DNA from: an uncultured Actinomycetes bacterium
GTDB taxonomy: Bacteria > Actinomycetota > Thermoleophilia > Gaiellales > Gaiellaceae
Length of the DNA: 64,000 bases
Reading direction: 5' to 3'
Assembly (NCBI GenBank): GCA_963750595.1
Contig: CAVVRG010000007.1
Coordinates: forward strand, 84,182 to 148,181
Shown here: positions 63,520 to 64,000 of the stretch, piece by piece
How the letters are laid out: each line of letters opens with the position of its first letter
Position numbering within the stretch: position 1 is the first letter of the stretch
Notes under the pieces: generated by a model
Databases searched by the model: none
The model's input: the letters and a program-made list of their open reading frames with translations, nothing else
What the model was told of the DNA's origin: nothing
Made by a program: the position numbers and the translations under genes

Positions 63520-64000
63520 GTGACGAGTGCCTGGACGATCGCCCCCCTCGAGCCCGACCGCGTCGCCGCGCTCGCGCGTGAGCTCGGCGTGAGCGACGTG
63601 GCCGCGTCGGTCCTCGTCCGCCGCGGGTACGGTGATCCCGACGACGCGCGTCGCTTCCTCGACGCAGCGTTGCCGGGCCACGATCCCGACCTCCTCGGCG
63701 ACGTGGCCACCGCCGTGGAGCGGATCCGGGCTGCGGTCGAGGACGGCAGGCGCATCTGCGTGTACGGCGACTACGACGTCGACGGAATCTGCGCGACCGC
63801 CCTCGCAGTCCTGATCCTCCGCGAGCTCGACGCCGATGTCGTCTGGCATCTCCCGAGCCGGTTCGAGGAGGGCTACGGCGTCTCCAGCGACACGCTCGCC
63901 AGGCTGATCGACGAGGGAGTCGGCCTGGTGGTGACGGTCGACTGCGGGATCACCGCGGTCACGGAGATCGCGGAGGCGCGAGAGCTCGGCCTCGAGGTCG
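63520..64000 (+). CDS. recJ: single-stranded-DNA-specific exonuclease RecJ (N-terminal part; runs out of the window)
   Basis: 'ICVYGDYDVDGICATALAV' (DHH motifs I and II) and 'VVTVDCGITA' (motif III). GTG start at 63520. Confidence 0.85.
   Translation, partial: MTSAWTIAPLEPDRVAALARELGVSDVAASVLVRRGYGDPDDARRFLDAALPGHDPDLLGDVATAVERIRAAVEDGRRICVYGDYDVDGICATALAVLILRELDADVVWHLPSRFEEGYGVSSDTLARLIDEGVGLVVTVDCGITAVTEIAEARELGLEV

Overview
This is a 64-kb stretch of a very high-G+C, Actinomycetota-like chromosome. It shows many GTG starts, frequent ATGA/GTGA start-stop overlaps and some apparently leaderless genes; the long antisense ORFs in the track are GC artefacts. Gene content, left to right:
- LuxR-type regulator tail, flavin monooxygenase, and a SUV3-like helicase carrying an in-frame TAG.
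- cNMP-binding protein and smpB.
- A form-II coxSLM-like molybdoenzyme with two tandem MoxR ATPases.
- ssrA (tmRNA) followed by a decayed integrase islet.
- CopC/CopD, a stand-alone TOPRIM protein and cell-wall hydrolases.
- A run of frameshifted genes: thioesterase, ABC-2 transporter, intradiol dioxygenase, MoxR.
- A Bat-like MoxR-DUF58-VWA-x-VWA operon.
- CPA2 antiporter with its TrkA-C partner, a deaminase, a methyltransferase and an MFS transporter.
- An amine/osmolyte catabolic cluster: DMG-oxidase-like enzyme, choline/ethanolamine-type kinase, APC permease, GS-like ligase, formyltransferase-like protein, amidohydrolase, ALDH, SDR.
- tRNA-CAU followed by a lower-GC islet of small ORFans.
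- AlkZ/YcaQ-like glycosylase, 1-Cys peroxiredoxin, pdxST, yebC, an S9 peptidase, ruvCAB and the start of recJ.

The most unusual signal is non-coding. The ~960-bp gap between the MFS gene and the DMG-oxidase-like gene holds three tandem paralogous modules on the minus strand. Each has a conserved palindrome, a -35/-10 promoter and a ~103-nt structured RNA with compensatory base changes, followed by terminator hairpins. I could not match it to any riboswitch or sRNA consensus from memory.

A second signal is a dispersed 'hairpin - GAAGACCCCTGAAG - hairpin' element, present in at least 8 copies and mostly at gene 3' ends. A third is an unusually high density of frameshifts at short homopolymer runs, including one in ruvA. 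That pattern suggests sequence-quality problems mixed with some genuine gene decay.
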